Source: a bacterium
Lineage (GTDB): Bacteria; Zhuqueibacterota; Zhuqueibacteria; Oceanimicrobiales; Oceanimicrobiaceae
Direction of reading: 5' to 3'
NCBI GenBank assembly: GCA_037446635.1
Contig: JBBIIG010000079.1
Span: 1 to 18,004, forward strand
Length of the DNA stretch: 18,004 bases
Shown here: piece by piece, positions 16,840-18,004 of the stretch
How positions within the stretch are numbered: the first letter of the stretch is position 1
Layout: each line of letters begins with the position of its first letter
Translations under genes and position numbers: made by a program
The notes under the pieces: model-generated
What the model was told of the DNA's origin: nothing
Seen by the model: only the letters and a program-made list of their open reading frames with translations
Database searches by the model: none

Positions 16840-17002
16840 AAATTAATTCGTTTCTCGTTTTGAAAACTTCAACAACCGACATGTTTCTGCAATGGATTTT
16901 TTCTATGAGAATTTATCGTCGAATTTTCGGTGTTCTTAACTACGTGGAGTAAATTGAGGAATGGGATTGGTGGGATTCGTCGTAGAAAATGAGTTTTTCA
17001 GG

Positions 17003-17851
17003 CTAAATCAGGTCGCGCGTCGCCTCTGCCAGATTCTCCAAATCAAACCGCACCAACGCCAGCTCCGGTCCGTCGTGGGCTGCGGAGAACATGAGTGTCC
17101 GGCCAATGCGATCCCGCCAGTCGCCGGTCAAGCGCACGGATTCGTGAATGTGGCCGTGCAGCGTCAGCAGCGGCTGGCGCTGTTCGATGAAGCGTCGCAC
17201 CGCGACACTGCCGACGTGCACATCCAAAGGCGCGTGATCGACCCTTCTGCCATCGAGGGCCGCGCGATCCAGTTTCGTTTGATGAGGCGGAGAGTGAATA
17301 AGAAACACGGCTTGATCGAGATTGTCGTTGCCGACCAGCTTGTTCAAATCCTTTTCAATGGTGGCGTATTTGATTTCGTGCCGCGGCACCGTCACCGTGC
17401 GAATTCCTTCCTCCGGCGAAACACAACCGGGATCGACGTAACGGGAGACGTCGTAGCGTTCCCAGTCTTTGAGGAGAAACGGCGTCGGCGGGACGTAAGC
17501 ATACCCGTAAATCCAGTGGTTGCCGAATCGCGCTTTGCGTTCGTGAACATATTCCCACAAACCCTGCGCTGCCAGATTTTTGATCTCCTCCTCCTCGAGG
17601 CGCGGATCGTCGTTGCCCAAAATTAAAAACACGCGCGGGTAATTTTCAGCAAGCTGGTCGCGGAGATTTCTGAAACTTGCGGAGAGAACGTCATTCAAAA
17701 AATTGGTGTGATCTATCTTGTGGAGTCCATGCGGCAGCAGGTCTCCACCCAAGAAAACTGCTGAGGGAGGATTCTCGGCAATCGCAGCAAAGAGTTTTTG
17801 ATAGCGCTCGACTTTGCCGTGCAAATCGGAAACAAAGAAACAGGGAGTCAT
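17003..17851 (-). CDS. Calcineurin-like metallophosphoesterase (Icc-related)
   Basis: SDLHG, GGDL, GNDD, HSPP and HGHIHE motifs. Start re-assigned to ATG 17851 (MTPCFFVSDLHG) because the longer track start lies in a repeat. Confidence 0.9.
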   Translation of the reverse strand: MTPCFFVSDLHGKVERYQKLFAAIAENPPSAVFLGGDLLPHGLHKIDHTNFLNDVLSASFRNLRDQLAENYPRVFLILGNDDPRLEEEEIKNLAAQGLWEYVHERKARFGNHWIYGYAYVPPTPFLLKDWERYDVSRYVDPGCVSPEEGIRTVTVPRHEIKYATIEKDLNKLVGNDNLDQAVFLIHSPPHQTKLDRAALDGRRVDHAPLDVHVGSVAVRRFIEQRQPLLTLHGHIHESVRLTGDWRDRIGRTLMFSAAHDGPELALVRFDLENLAEATRDLI

Positions 17852-17894
17852 AACCAAAAAAGATATGACAACATTAAATCCCAGGATCAAGCTC

Positions 17895-18004
17895 GTCCCA
17901 ATCATCGACTTTCGTCGAGGAAGCGTTGACATGGTCAACGCACTCCAAAGTCCCAATCATCGACTTTCGTCGAGGAAGCGTTGACATGGTCAACGCACTC
18001 CAAA
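17895..18004. repeat. Exact 55-bp tandem duplication containing REP-like hairpins
   Basis: GTCCCAATCATCGACTTTCGTCGAGGAAGCGTTGACATGGTCAACGCACTCCAAA twice (17895-17949, 17950-18004). Hairpins TCGAC-TTTC-GTCGA and GCGTTGAC-ATG-GTCAACGC. Confidence 0.9.

Noticed and set aside
4547..17626. Long antisense or alternative-frame ORFs such as 4547-5332, 5426-6184, 8446-9255, 9786-10598, 13574-14281 and 16961-17626
   Set aside because: They are shadows of well-supported genes in GC-rich DNA and show no recognisable motifs.
17852..17956. N-terminal extension of the metallophosphoesterase ORF
   Set aside because: It starts inside the 55-bp repeat, and the first catalytic motif follows directly after the Met at 17851.
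17895..18004. CRISPR array
   Set aside because: The units abut with no unique spacers, and no cas genes are present.

Overview
Chromosomal window from a GC-rich bacterium. The FlgD-Ig/T9SS-like C-terminus on the peptidase suggests an FCB-group lineage such as KSB1 or Calditrichota (inference). Left to right: (1) a minus-strand ECF sigma / zinc anti-sigma / internally duplicated exported protein / PDZ-PDZ protein operon with an ECF-type promoter; (2) a small Cys/His exported protein; (3) a secreted M1 aminopeptidase directly downstream of a tRNA-Sec (selC) gene that the ORF track runs through; (4) an AT-rich islet of about 1.1 kb carrying hicB and a frameshifted hicA, bracketed by a ~100-bp imperfect direct repeat that duplicates the promoter, RBS and first codons of the next gene; (5) two tandem paralogous PEP-synthase/PPDK-N-type ATP-grasp proteins lacking the pyruvate-binding barrel, the second fused to an N-terminal GAF-like sensor and a C-terminal minimal nucleotidyltransferase; (6) a three-gene two-component module; (7) a metallophosphoesterase. 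Intergenic spaces hold several unrelated REP-like hairpin families and a heptamer repeat tract. The dikinase-like pair with the nucleotidyltransferase fusion is the best candidate for an uncharacterised signalling or modification system. All calls come from manual motif reading; no database searches were run.
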